Part shown: piece after piece, positions 25,487 to 38,773 of the stretch | Layout: each line of letters starts with the position of its first letter | Numbering within the stretch: the first letter of the stretch is position 1 | Assembly: GCA_038087875.1 (NCBI GenBank) | Contig: CM075977.1 | Location: 111,290,001 to 111,354,000, forward strand | Direction: 5' to 3' | Origin: Malacoraja senta | Lineage: Eukaryota | DNA: 64,000 bases | Notes under the pieces: model-generated | Told to the model about the DNA's origin: nothing | Database searches by the model: none | What the model saw: the letters and a program-made list of their open reading frames with translations, nothing else | Position numbers and translations under genes: made by a program

Positions 25487-27861
25487 ACTCGCAGAGCTGT
25501 CGTCTTTCAATAATAATAATAATAATAATGGATGGGATTTATATAGCGCCTTTCTAATACTCAAGGCACTTTACATCGCATTATTCATTCACTCCTCCGT
25601 CACACTCGGTGGTGGTAAGCTACTTCTGTAGCCACAGCTGCCATGGGGCAGACTGACGGAAGCGTGGCTGCTAATTTGCGCCTACCGACCACCACCAATC
25701 ACTCACACACATTCACACACATTCACACACATTCACACGCAGGCAATAGGTCTGACCTAGGTGCATCTGTTATCCAGGCGTTGCAGGCAGTATTGTAAAG
25801 CTAGGGCGATGGCATCGTCCGTGGACCTGTTGTAGGCATCAAAGGAATCGAACGGGAGAGGTCGAATGTTCGGTGTGGACATGCACCCAATGGGCCGAAT
25901 AGTCACTTTGGAAATGTTACAAGCAATTGAATCGGTAATAGAATTAAAATAACACCTCCAATTAAAGCGAACCAAATATTCATCGTACCGCCGAATTTAA
26001 TAAACAACTTACACTGTTCCATATATCCCTTCTATTCAAATACATTTAAAGATTTGCATAAATATATAATCTAAAATTAAGTATACTGCATTAAAAATAA
26101 TGATATATTTTATATGTATTGCATAAGTGAATTGAAATAGCATTTTAGATTCGATTCATTATAATTTGAGTCGAAGGTTGCAAATATTCTAAATTAAGCA
26201 AATTGCATTTATAATTAGATTGTGTTCCATGCGGGTTAAATGCATCATTTGAGGTTTATAAGCAGATTTGAGGTTTGCGAAGAAAAGGACATCAAAGATG
26301 TTAGTTCGCTCCAGGGGTTGCCACAGCAGGGAGGTTTGGACATGCTTCTGGAGACAACGTTTCAGGGAATTGCAGTGGAGAAATTGATCCTTCGGCCCAC
26401 CATGTTGATGTGAACATTTTTGGCTGTGTACATGAATCTTGTTTATCCGAATTAGATCCATATCCTTCCAACTTGTAAAGAGAAGGAACTGCAGATGCCG
26501 GTTTGTACCAAAGGTAGACACAACGTGGTAGAGTAACACAGCGGGTCAGGCAGCATCTCTGGAGGACTTGGATTGGTGACGGATCGGGTCGGGATCCATT
26601 CTGATCCGAGAAACGCCAGCACTTTGTCAAACCTTCCAACTTTTGCCTAATTAAATGTTGGTCCAAACGTCTATCGAGCAAGTATTTGTATCTAATTTTC
26701 ACCCCCTTTTTAAATAGCTTATTCCAGATTGCAAACACTCTCAGTGTAAAAAAAAACGTCCACTTCATTGTGTTAAACCAAGACGGGACTTGGTAGAGTC
26801 ATGGAGAATGTTGCAGAACAGAGAGACCTGCAAGTGCAGTACATTTTCCCGGAATGATATTGAATACAAAATTTGGAATATGATGGTTCAGTTCTAAAAG
26901 TCATTGTTGAGACCACATTCGGAACACTGTGGCCTATCAGCTATAGGATGTGTGTCATAACATGGGGTTGCAGACTTCAGTTATAGGGAGAGGTAAGATA
27001 GGTTGCGACATTTTCCTTTGGAGTACACGAGGCTGAGGGTTGACTCCATTGAGGTATACAGTATCAGGGGCCTGGATAAGCTGAAAGCTCGCAGTATTTA
27101 TACCAAGACAGATGATCTTACAACTAGAGGGCCGAGGGTTGTGAGACTGGAGAGATGTAAGAGGGAACCGATGAACAATATTTTCACAGACATTCGTCTG
27201 CATCTGGAATGAAGCTATGGAAGCAGATGCGATTATGACTTCCAAACGGTATTTCGACATATATGTATACGATCATAAGATTATAAGACACAGCAACATA
27301 ATTAGTTCATTCGCCTATAGAGTGCACTCCGCTATTCCCGAATCGTCAGCTATCCACGTCTTCCAGAGATGCCTGCCTGGGCGCCTTGTAGCTCCAGAAC
27401 TTTGTGTCTTTTCACGGAGTGATTATTTAGTTGTCTCTGACGTTCAGTGTCCCATTATAGAAACCCTGGAACCGGTTCCCTCGCTCTCACACCGAGGCTC
27501 TGTATTCTCACGGTACCTCCTTGGGGGAACACAACGGACTCAGAAAGGGAAGGTTGAGAGTGATCTGTAGAAATGATTTAGAGCGACATGGGTCAAACAG
27601 AGGCCCGAGAGCCGTTGGAGCGGTCGCAGAGGGAGGAGCTACACCCGAGCGGTAGTAGTTAAAGTGGAGCGCGGGGCTTGTTCCTTACAGAGGCCCGAGA
27701 GCCGTTGGAGCGGTCGCAGAGGGAGCAGGAATCGAAATCTGTAACGTTCCAAGTTCCACTTGCACTTCAAAAACACTTCAAAAACAAGTGGGCTTAAGGA
27801 GCCGCTGATTGGTGGAAGCAGACAAGAGGGAGCAGCTGATTGGGAGTCAGATCCCTGCTGA

Positions 27862-28932
27862 TTGTACTGTATCCAGGGTAAGGGGACTTTGAGGGCCAGG
27901 GCAGTTTACTGTTCTGGATGTCAGATGTATTGTATCCAGGGTAAGGGGAGTATGAGGGCCAGGGCAGTTTACTGTTCTGGATGTCAGATGTATTGTATCC
28001 AGGGTAAGGGGAGTATGAGGGCCAGGGCAGTTTACTGTTCTGGATGTCAGATGTATTGTATCCAGGGTAAGGGGAGTATGAGGGCCAGGGCAGTTTACTG
28101 TTCTGGATGTCAGATGTATTGTATCCAGGGTAAGGGGAGTATGAGGGCCAGGGCAGTTTACTGTTCTGGATGTCAGGTGTATTGTATCCAGGGTAAGGGG
28201 AGTATGAGGGCCAGGGTAGTTTACTGTTCTGGATGTCAGATGTATTGTATCCAGGGTAAGGGGAGTATGAGGGCCAGGGCAGTTTACTGTTCTGGATGTC
28301 AGATGTATTGTATCCAGGGTAAGGGGAGTATGAGGGCCAGGGCAGTTTACTGTTCTGGATGTCAGATGTATTGTATCCAGGGTAAGGGGAGTATGAGGGC
28401 CAGGGCAGTTTACTGTTCTGGATGTCAGATGTATTGTATCCAGGGTAAGGGGAGTATGAGGGCCAGGGCAGTTTACTGTTCTGGATGTCAGGTGTATTGT
28501 ATCCAGGGTAAGGGGAGTATGAGGGCCAGGGCAGTTTACTGTTCTGGATGTCAGATGTATTGTATCCAGGGTAAGGGGAGTATGAGGGCCAGGGCAGTTT
28601 ACTGTTCTGGATGTCAGATGTATTGTATCAAGGGTAAGGGGAGTATGAGGGCCAGGGCAGTTTACTGTTCTGTATGTCAGATGTATTGTATCCAGGGTAA
28701 GGGGAGTCTGAGGGCCAGGGCAGTTTACTGTTCTGGATGTCAGATGTATTGTATCCAGGGTAAGGGGAGTATGAGGGCCAGGGCAGTTTACTGTTCTGGA
28801 TGTCAGATGTATTGTATCCAGGGTAAGGGGAGTATGAGGGCCAGGGCAGTTTACTGTTCTGGATGTCAGATGTATTGCATCCAGAGTAAGGGGAGTATGA
28901 GGGCCAGGGCAGTTTACTGTTCTGGGTGTCAG
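27862..28932 (+). repeat. 63-bp minisatellite x17, in frame with CR1 ORF1
   Basis: Unit ATGTATTGTATCCAGGGTAAGGGGAGTATGAGGGCCAGGGCAGTTTACTGTTCTGGATGTCAG = MYCIQGKGSMRARAVYCSGCQ. 17 x 63 = 1071 bp, and MWEV resumes at 28933. Confidence 0.97.
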
Positions 28933-29831
28933 ATGTGGGAAGTCATGGAGTCTGATAGCCCTCCAGACGTCCACATCTGCGCCAGGTGTATCGAGATGGG
29001 GCTCCTAAGGGACCGTATTAGGAACCTGGAGCAGCAGCTTGATGACCTCCGTCTGGTCAGGGAGAGCGAGGAAGTCATTGAGAGGAGTTACAGGGAGGTG
29101 GTCACTCCAAGACCACAGGAGGCAGGCAAGTGGACCACGGTTGGGAGAGGCAAGGGGCACAGGCAGGGACTAGAGAGTACCCCGGTGGCTGTACACCTTG
29201 ACAATAAGTACTCCTGTTTGAGCACAGTTGGGGGGGCACCCTACCTGGGGGTAGAGACAGCGGCCGGGCCTCCGGTACAGAGACCGGTCCTGTTGCTCAG
29301 GAGGGTAAGGAAAAGAAGAGGAGGGCAATACTAATAGGGGACTCTATAGTTAGGGGGTCAGACAGGCGATTCTGTGGACGCAGTCGGGAGACCCGGATGG
29401 TAGTTTGCCTCCCTGGTGCCAGGGTCTGTGATGTGTCTCAACGTGTCCAAGATATCCTGAAAGGGGAGGGAGAGGACCCCGAGGTCGTGGTACATATAGG
29501 TACCAATGACATAGGTAAAAAAAGAGAAGAGGTCCTGAAAGGAGAATTTAGGGAGTTAGGAGGGGAGTTAAAGAGTAGGACAGCAAAGGTAACAATCTCG
29601 GGATTACTGCCTGTGCCACGCGACAGTGAGAGTAGGAATGGAGCGAGGTGGAGGATAAATGCGTGGCTGAAGGACTGGTGCAGAGGGCAGGGATTCAAAT
29701 TTCTGCATCATTGGGACCTCTTTTGTGGAAGGTGCGACCTGTACAAAAAGGATGGATTGCACTTGAACCTGAGGGGGACCGATATCCTGGCGGGGAGATC
29801 TGCAAAGGCTACTGGGGAGACTTTAAACTAG
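27862..29831 (+). pseudogene. CR1 ORF1 (CxxC...CxxC finger, coiled coil, GDSL/SGNH esterase), frameshifted
   Basis: CSGC...HICARC, LEQQLDDLR, IGDSIVRG, CLPGARV, HIGTND, DGLHLN. The frame changes between the two halves. Confidence 0.88.
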
Positions 29832-29983
29832 AATGGTTGGGGGAGGGACTCAAATAGAGAAAGCTATTAGACAGTGTGTGAGGCGGGAGGCAGAGAAGGA
29901 AAGCACTCAGACACAACATGTAGGGGGGAAAGAATGAAAACAATAATAAACAGAGAATAAGAGGTGGTGGGGTTCTTAAATGG

Positions 29984-32928
29984 GTGAGCAGAGAAACAGA
30001 GGGGTGTAAAATGCGGGCGGAAGCAATAGGTAGCACGGTGAAAAGTAAAAGTGGCAGGCAGACAAATCCAGGGCAAAAATCAAAAAGGGCCACTTTTCAA
30101 CATAATTGTATAAGGGGTAAGAGCGTTGTAAAAACAAGCCTGAAGGCAAGGAGCATTCGTAATAAGGTGGATGGGTTGAACGTGCAGATAGCTATTAATG
30201 ATTATGATATAGTTGGGATCACGGAGACATGGCTCCAGGGTGACCAAGGCTGGGAGCTGAACATCCAGGGATATTCAATATTCAGGAGGGATAGAGAGAA
30301 CGGAAAAGGAGGTGGGGTAGCGTTGCTGGTTAGAGCGGAGATTAACGCAGTGGAAAGGAAGGACATTAGCTTGGAGGATGTGGAATCGGTATGGGTAGAG
30401 CTGCGAAACACTAAGGGGCAGAAAACGCTGGTGGGTGTTGTGTACAGGCCACCTAGCAGTAGTAGTGAAGTTGGGGATGGCATCAAACAGGAAATTAGAA
30501 ATGCGTGCAACAAAGGAAAAACAGTTATAATGGGTGACTTCAATCTACATATAGATTGGGTGAATCAAATTGGCAGGGGTGCTGAGGAAGAGGATTTCTT
30601 GGAATGTATGCGGGATAGTTATCTAAACCAACATGTAGAGGAACCAACGAGAGAGCAGGCTATTCTAGACTGGGTATTGAGTAATGAGGAAGGGTTAGTT
30701 AGCAGTCTTGTTGTGCGTGCCCCCTTGGGCAAGAGTGACCATAATATGGTTGAGTTCTTCATTAGGATGGAGAGTGACATTGTTAATTCAGAAACAACGG
30801 TTCTGAACTTAAAGAAAGGTAACTTTGAGGGTATGAGACGTGAATTGGCCAAGATTGACTGGCAATTAGTTCTAAAAGGGTTGACGGTGGATATGCAATG
30901 GAAGGCATTTAAAGACTGCATGGATGAACTACAAAAATTGTTCATCCCAGTTTGGCAAAAGAATAAATCAGGGAAGGTAGTGCATCCGTGGATAACAAGG
31001 GAAATCAGGGATAGTATCAAAGCAAAAGATGATGCGTACAAATTAGCCAGAAAAAGCAGCATACCAGAGGACTGGGAGAAATTTAGAGACCAGCAGAGGA
31101 CAAAGGGCTTAATTAGGAAAGGGAAAATAGATTATCAAAGAAAACTGTCAGAGAACATAAAAACTGACTGCAAACGTTTTGGTAGATATGTGAAGAGAAA
31201 GAGATTAGTTAAAACAAATGTAGGTCCCTTGCAGTCAGAAACAGGTGAATTGATCATGGGGAACAAGGATATGGCGGACCAATTGAATAACTACTTTGGT
31301 TCCGTCTTCACTAAGGAAGACATAAATAATCTGCCGGAAATAGCAGGGGACCGCGGGTCAAAGGAGATGGAGGAACTGAGTGAAATCCAGGTTAGTCAGG
31401 AAGTGGTGTTGGGTAAATTGAATGGATTAAAGGCCGATAAATCACCAGGGCCAGATAGGCTGCATCCCAGAGTACTTAAGGAAGTAGCTGCGGAAATAGT
31501 GGATGCATTAGTGATAATTTTTCAAAACTCTTTAGATTCTGGAGTAGTTCCTGAGGATTGGAGGGTAGCAAACGTAACCCCACGTTTTAAGAAGGGAGGG
31601 AGAGAGAAAACGGGGAATTACAGACCAGTTAGTCTAACATCGGTAGTGGGGAAACTGCTAGACTCAGTTATTAAAGAAGGTATAGCAGCATATTTGGAAA
31701 GTGGTGAAATCATTGGACAAAGTCAGCATGGATTTACGAAAGGTAAATCATGTCTGACGAATCTTATAGAATTTTTCGAGGATGTAACTAGTAGAGTGGA
31801 TAGGGGAGAACCGGTGGATGTGTTGTATCTGGACTTTCAGAAGGCTTTCGACAAGGTCCCACATAAGAGATTAGTATACAAACTTAAAGCACACGGTATT
31901 GGGGGTTCAGTATTGATGTGGATAGAGAACTGGCTGGCAAACAGGAAGCAAAGAGTAGGAGTAAACGGGTCCTTTTCACAATGGCAGGCAGTGACTAGTG
32001 GGGTACCGCAAGGCTCAGTGCTGGGACCCCAGCTATTTACAATTTATATTAATGAGCTGGATGAGGGAATTGAAGGCAACATCTCCAAGTTTGCGGATGA
32101 CACTAAGCTGGGGGGCAGTGTTAGCTGTGAGGAGGATGCTAGGAGACTGCAAAGTGACTTGGATAGGCTGGGTGAGTGGGCAAATGTTTGGCAGATGCAG
32201 TATAATGTGGATTAATGTGAGGTTATCCACTTTGGTGGCAAAACAGGAAAGCAGACTATAATCTAAATGGTGGCCGATTAGGAAAATGGGAGATGCAGCG
32301 AGACCTGGGTGTCATGGTACACCAGTCATTGAAAGTAGGCATGCAGGTGCAGCAGGCAGTGAAGAAAGCTAATGGTATGTTAGCTTTCATAGCAAAAGGA
32401 CTTGAGTATAGGAGCAGGGAGCTTCTACTGCAGTTGTGCAGGGTCTTGGTGAGACCACACCTGGAGTATTGCGTACAGTTTTGGTCTCCAAATCTGAGGA
32501 AGGACATTATAGCCATAGAGGGAGTGCAGAGAAGGTTCACCAGACTGATTCCTGGGATGTCAGGACTTTCATATGAAGAAAGACTGGATAGACTTGGCTT
32601 ATACTCGCTAGAATTTAGGGGATTGAGAGGGGATCTTATAGAAACGTACAAAATTCTTATGGGGTTGGACAGGCTAGATGCAGGAAGATTGTTCCCGATG
32701 TTGGGGAAGTCCAGGACAAGGGGTCACAACTTAAGGATAAGGGGGAAATCCTTTAAGACCGAGATGAGAAAAAACTTTTTCACACAGAGAGTGGTGAATC
32801 TCTGGAACTCTCTGCCACAGAGGGTAGTTGAGTCCAGTTCATTGGCTATATTTAAGAGGGAGTTAGATGTGGCCCTTGTGGCTAAAGGGATCAGGGGATA
32901 TGGAGAGAAGGCAAGTACGGGATACTGA
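29984..32928 (+). pseudogene. CR1 ORF2 (APE endonuclease plus RT), stop at 32213-32215 and a nearby frameshift
   Basis: GITETWL, MGDFN, SDH (EN); KSPGPD, NYRPVSL, YLDFQKAFD, VPQGSVLGP, KFADD (RT); RPHLEYCVQFW and TRGH at the C-terminus. Confidence 0.93.
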
Positions 32929-34966
32929 GTTGGATGATCAGCCATGATCATATTGAATGGCGGGGCAGGCTCGAAGGGCCGAATGGCCTACTCCTGCACT
33001 TATTTTCTATGTATCTATGTAAACGCAAGCAAATGGGTCGATCTCAGACGGGGAATCTTGAGCAGCATCAACGGGTGGGTCCGAAAGGCCTCTTTGCAAG
33101 TTCTATAACTCTAGAAGCAGGCACCAACTTGTCAAACTGAGCTCCTGTTCCCGCCCTCCCTTTAAACTCACCGGACCGCAGGTCCCTCACTCGCTTTAAA
33201 GTCACTGGGGGACACATCACAGTGCCCCCTTGAAACTGACTGGGTAAACTGGAGAAATTAGTAAACGGCCGTGTGACATTAACAAATTCAAAGCGAGTCG
33301 GAGTATTAATTTGATTGACAACCAAAGTTCGATAAAATCAGTCAGACCGCAAAAGCAGGTCCCACGCTCCATTTACACGCTAGGGTTCCGTATTCTCATA
33401 GTTCCTGCTGAGCCTGAGAAACACAAACGACTGGCATATGAAAGGTTTAGAGATTTATGGGTCAATGAGTAGAAAATATTTAGAAGGATAATGGGTCAAA
33501 CGTAGGCAAATCGGTCCAAATTAGGTGGGTCATCTTGGGTAACATCAACGAGTGGGGCCGAAAGGCCTGTTTGCATGTTCTATGATTCTAAAAGCAGGCA
33601 CCAACTTGCCAACCTGAGCTCCTGTCTGTGCTGTTCTGCCTGTGACCGGGAGGATTTTCTCCGGGTGCCCCGGTTTCTACCCACATCCCAAGACCGTGCG
33701 GGTCTGTAGATCAATTGGCCTTTGTTTATTTCACCTCATCTATAGCGAGTGGATGAGTAAATGGGATAACATAGGACTAGTGTGAACGGGTGATCGATGG
33801 TGGACGTGGAGTCTGTGAACCGAAGGAGTTTCCATGCTGTATCTCTAAACTATGATCAAACGCTATGGCGATTGGCTGGAGAATGGCGGGGTATGGACTG
33901 AAATTTGTGCAAGATAACAGGTAACAAAGAAACAGAACTGGAGATAATTCAAATGCTCGGGAAACGTCATTGAATTAAAAGAAAACCTCAAATTAAAGCA
34001 AACCAAATAATTATTGTATAGCTGAATTTAATAACCATTTTAGATGTTGTTCCATGTTGCTCTCCCATTCAAATATATTGAAAGACGTACATATACGAAA
34101 TAAAGCATACTGAATTCAAAATTAAAGTTCTCCATGTATTGCATAAGTGAATTTAATTAGCATTTTCGATTTATCGCACTTCCATTAAAATTTACTTCGA
34201 AGGTTGTAAATATTTTAAATTAAGCCAACTGCATTAATAATAAGCTTGTGTTTCCTGCGTGCTAAATGCATTATTTGAGATTTATAAGCAGAGCACCACG
34301 AAGAAACGGACTAGAAATAAGTTAGCCAGGATCCAGGGGTTCCACAGCACGCAGGTTTGGACATGCTTCTGGAGTCAACGTGTCAGAGAATTGTACAGTG
34401 AGGCAATTGGCCCATCGGACAATAATGTCGATATGAACATCTTTGTCTATGTACATTAATCCAGTTGGTCCCAATAAGATCCATATCCTTCCAACTTGTA
34501 ACAAGAGGGAACTGCTGATGCCGGTGTATACCAAAGATAGACACGATGTGCTTGCGTAACTCAGCGGATCAGGCAGCAACTCTGTAGGACATGGATACGT
34601 GACACTTCGTGCCCGGTCCCATTCTAACTAGCTGAGAATTTGCAGCACTTTGTCTATCCTTCCAACTATTTCCAAAGTAAGAGCCTGTTCATGCGTTCAA
34701 ACGTCTATCGTACATGTTGGTGCATCTAATTTTCACCACTTTGTTTACTAGCATATTCCAGATATCAAACTCTCTCGGAGTACAAAACCTTTCCTTTGAA
34801 CTAGAAGTAGTGCATTTTATTATATTACACAAAGATTAAAAGCGAGTCGGAGAATTAATATGATTGACAACCAAAGGTCGACAAAATCAGCCAGACCGCA
34901 AAAGCAGGTGGGATCGGCGGACTTCATTGCGAGGGAGGTTATATTGCAATCGGAACACTGGTCTGC

Positions 34967-35000
34967 TCAGCTTCCTCGGATGGATAAGTCTCCACGCTTG
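34967..35000 (-). pseudogene. Copy B: candidate terminal coding exon (SKRGDLSIRGS-stop)
   Basis: Same acceptor as A and D. TGA>TTA extends the tail by six codons. Confidence 0.4.
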
Positions 35001-36039
35001 CTGCGGACACAACAAGACCAATTATAACAAGCCTCAGCAATTGTACCACAAGACCATTTCTGGCACCTCTATTCACAGCCGTCATTTAAATCTGTGAAGT
35101 GATTCGGACGTAGATTTGAACGGAATTCTCCAGAGGGGAGACGTTATTGTCAATGTCAGCGTTTGACAACTAAATTTGAGGTGGACTTCAATATGCGAAA
35201 CAGGTGATTAACTTAACAGGGGACACGTATATTGGTCGTTGTGTTGACAGTGAGGAAGATTGTCTGACCTGCAGCAAGGTATGGTATTGGTTTATTATCG
35301 TCACCTTGACACAGATACGAGGAAAAAAACGTTGTTTCGCGTGTCATCCAGATAAATTATTCCATAGCCCCAAACCGTGCAGAATATAGTCTTACAGAGG
35401 AAGGGCAGAGGGCAAGGGCCCCATCAAGGTAGAGGGGAGGATCGGGAATATATTCTTATCTTTTGAGGGGTTTCTTAAAGCGTCTGAGCGGGTAAGAAAC
35501 TGTTCTTCCTATGTAGGTACATGATGCACCTGAACCATGTATTGCCAACGCGACAGGGGTACCACGGTGACGCAGTTGTAGAGATGCTGCCTTGTAGCGC
35601 GGAGTCCCGGGTTCGATCCTGATCACGGGTGCTGTCTGTGCGCATTTCCCACGTGCTCCCCGTGACCGCATGGTTTTTGTCCCTCCCATATGAATGAATG
35701 AATGAATGAATACTTGATTGTCATTATAACATGTAAACATGTACAACGAAATTAGAAATGCCAACCAGTCAGTGCACCATTCACACATTTTCTAAAAGCA
35801 AAAGTATAAATTAAACAACTAAAATAAATAACATGAAAAAAAAACATTCTTCTGTCGATATCCCAAAGACGTGCGGGTTTGTGGGATAATTATCATCTGC
35901 AAACGCCCCTATAGTGCAGGATAGAACTAGTGCATGGATGATCGATGGTTGGCGCGGCCTGGGAAGCCTCTCATTTTTCAAGCACACCCCAAAGGCCATT
36001 GAGTTCATATTCCAGGCATAGAAACGCAATATTACATAC

Positions 36040-36139
36040 CTGAGTTTGTCACGGTAGAAGATAACACACATCACTAAAAGGAAAAGGGTTTTCAATCCTA
36101 GAGGGATCCGCAGGATCAGAACCATATAACTCTGTGTTA
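36040..36139 (-). pseudogene. Copy B: transmembrane exon with central Lys
   Basis: (V)TQSYMVLILRIPLGLKTLFLLVMCVIFYRDKL. AG/GT intact. Confidence 0.85.
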
Positions 36140-37450
36140 CTGAAGAGAGAGTGAGAGAGGTCAGAGTGGTCACTGGGAAAAGGGAGCGATCGACAATGTA
36201 CAAATGATGTATGCTTCACTAAGATCACCTCTAATTCTCTACACTCTGGAGAATACAGATCTAATCTGCTCGAGGAAATAACAGACTGCTGACAGCGCTC
36301 AGGCAGTCAGGCAACTGTAGAAGGAAATCCCAAGACGTCGTTTTGTCCAGCAATCCTTGCAGTTTTGAGGCATGGTCTCGATATGAATTGTCATTCGCCA
36401 ATTTCCTTCCAGATATGCTACCTGGCCTATCGAGTTCCTCCAATAGCTTTTTTTAATGCTCAAGTTTCATGTACCTGCATTCTCCGGGATCTCTGGTCTA
36501 CTCAATCTCCCCTGATCTTCAATCAACCTGCCCTTCCGGGAAACAATGACGGAATCTTCACTACACTCCCTCCACACTAATCGTGGCTTTATTGTAGTTA
36601 AGAAGAACAAAGTCCGACCCAGTACAGCAGGTTAGGTCTCGATAGATCCTTATATAACTACGGTAAAACATCTCAACCCTTGAATATAAATCCTCTCTTG
36701 ATAAAACCTGACCAACTATTGCCTTTCTCGACTCTTCCACATCTGTACATCAACCTTCATTGACATGAGAACAAGCACATTCGGGTCCTTTTGAACATCC
36801 ACACCACCCGATCTCGCACCATTTAATAAACACTCTGGTTTTATGTTTAGTTCACCCGTGTGGATAATGTGACAATTCGCTACATTTTATTCCACATTAT
36901 GCTCCCACCCACTCATTCAGCTTGTCCACCTTCCGCGAATCTCCGCGTCCTCCTGCCCTCTCACAGTCCCACGGCACTACCATCATCATCAGACCTGACA
37001 ATTGCCCCCTCAATCAACTCACTGATGCAGACTGTGAATAGCTGAGACCAAGAACCAATCTCTGAAGTACCTCGCCAGCCGCAGCCTCTCAACATGACAG
37101 AGATCCAGATATTTCATTCTACATTCTTCTCGATAACTGTTTCGTAATCCCGGACAGTGCGTTTCCTTAATGCCGCCTTCTCGCATCTGGTTCCCCAAAT
37201 TCCTGGCTGGGACCGAACCTAGATCCTTCTGAGAATCCAAATGTACCACAGCACCTTGTTCCCTCTTAGGCATTCAACTCCTCACCTCGCTAAAGGACTC
37301 CGATACATTGATCAACCATGATTGACTTTTCTCTGGAGTTGTATCTGACCCTCCAGATGCGAGGCTGCGCCCATTGAGTCCTGAGAGACAGGGTTTCCTG
37401 TTCCTGCTCTCCTCCCTCCCTCTGCACAGAATGTGGCGATGGTTTCTTAC

Positions 37451-37858
37451 CGGGTGTGACCCGCAGCTGGACCTCATGCTGGTACTGATGGGTGTACGGG
37501 GGGTGTACGCTGTTCCTCAACTTTTCGTCGACGTATTTTCTCGGATCGTAGTTTTCCGGTTTGCTGAACTCCACCAGACACAGGTAGCCGTGACTGTCCT
37601 CTACGCTCAGCTGCTTTATCCTGGTTGAGGCGTTTCCCAGCTTTGGGTTCCCGACCAGCTCGAACCGAGTTGCTCCGTTCTCCGCCGCCCAGGATCCATC
37701 AGCTTGGGGTCTGAACGTGACGATGTGTCGGCAGGGATCCTTCCTCATCCATGTGACCGCGAGGGCGCTGCGGTGATACTGGGATTGCCGATACACACAT
37801 GGTAACGTGGCCGAACCCCCCTCTGTCCCAGTCACCACTGAGACATTCCCGTCGGGAG
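37451..37858 (-). pseudogene. Copy B: second V-set exon, open frame but splice acceptor mutated AG to AA
   Basis: CCTTCACTCAA|CTCCC versus CCTTCCCTCAG|CTCCC in A and D. 408 nt. Confidence 0.87.
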
Positions 37859-38329
37859 TTGAGTGAAGGATAGACACCGGAATGTATCAGCGTTCTGTGG
37901 GTGAATCGTCTTGTACCGACCTCTCCCTGTGGGAGTGGGTGGAGGCGGTGCCCAGTGTGGAGCTGACAGTGACGGTCCAAGGGAAGGTGGGTCAGAGGGC
38001 GCAGGGGGGCAGGCCACATTCAAGGATGGCTCTGGATCAGGGGTCACTGGTCGCCGCTGAAGGTTCGGCTCTCGCTCTGCGCTGCCCTGAGCGACAGCGA
38101 AGCCGCGCCTACCCGGATCCCAACACTGTTCTCCACGGGGAATATTCAATGTGTGAAGCGGTGAAGTCCACACCGAGAGGAAGACCCGCCCACACGGGAC
38201 TGGGCACCGGGCACCGACACCTCATTTTCCGCGGGACACCTCGGTTTCCATTGATAGTTGGAGAACAATTCCAACAAGGTGAACAATTTGATTTGTAAAT
38301 TAGGCAATTTATTAGTCAATATAAGCAAG

Positions 38330-38773
38330 GCTGCTCTGGGAGAGCGGCAGTGAGGGAGCGGCCTTGTGAATAAAGTGTGAATCTTTGGCTCGAGAATCTT
38401 CGGCGAGGAGGCTGAGGAGAGGAACTACGCAAAAAGCTGGAGAGGACGGGACTCGGTGAACACATGAAGGGGATGATGAGGCAGTGTGATGCTTGCAGGA
38501 TGTGGGAGCCCAGCGACACGGATGGAACCTCTAGCTGCTACAACTGTGGCAAGTGCTTCCAGGTTCAGATCCTGAAGGACCGTGTTGGGGCACTGGAGAA
38601 GCAGCTGGATGACCTCAGGGCCATCCGGGAAATCGAGAGTTTCCTGGACAGGTCCTACAGTGAGGGGGTTACGCCGAGGATACGGGAAAAAACGAAGGTG
38701 TGTGACCGAGAGAAACGGTGGTAACCGTGGAGTGCAGGAGACCCAGGTGGCTGTGCCTAATGAAAACAGGATC
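38330..38773 (+). mobile_element. CR1 5' end (UTR plus ORF1 N-terminus), 3'-truncated at the B/C junction
   Basis: MRQCDACRMWE...CGKC...DRVGALEKQLDDLR...LDRSYSEGVTP has the same pattern as the ORF1 at 28933. It ends at the CTAGATC-A-CTAGATC junction. Confidence 0.8.

Larger units (their letters stand above)
27599..33020 (+). mobile_element. Essentially full-length CR1 LINE (5' UTR, ORF1 zinc finger plus SGNH esterase, ORF2 EN-RT), few lesions
   Basis: The empty site GGGTCAAACGCAGGC is seen in the paralog near 45455. AAAC flanks both ends (27595-27598, 33021-33024). (CTATGTAT) tail. Confidence 0.92.
25745..33365. repeat. Inter-gene spacer duplicated at 43605-45810 (here interrupted by the CR1 at 27599-33020)
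   Basis: 25745-27598 joined to 33021-33365 is colinear with 43605-45810. The block 33365-33850 recurs at about 47348-47790. Confidence 0.85.

Noticed and set aside
27862-28932. CRISPR-like appearance of regular repeats
   Set aside because: Head-to-tail units with no spacers, in eukaryotic DNA.
27847-28974. 375-aa antisense ORF of repeated HLTSRTVNCPGPHTPLTLDTI
   Set aside because: By-product of a stop-free 63-bp unit. No independent coding evidence.
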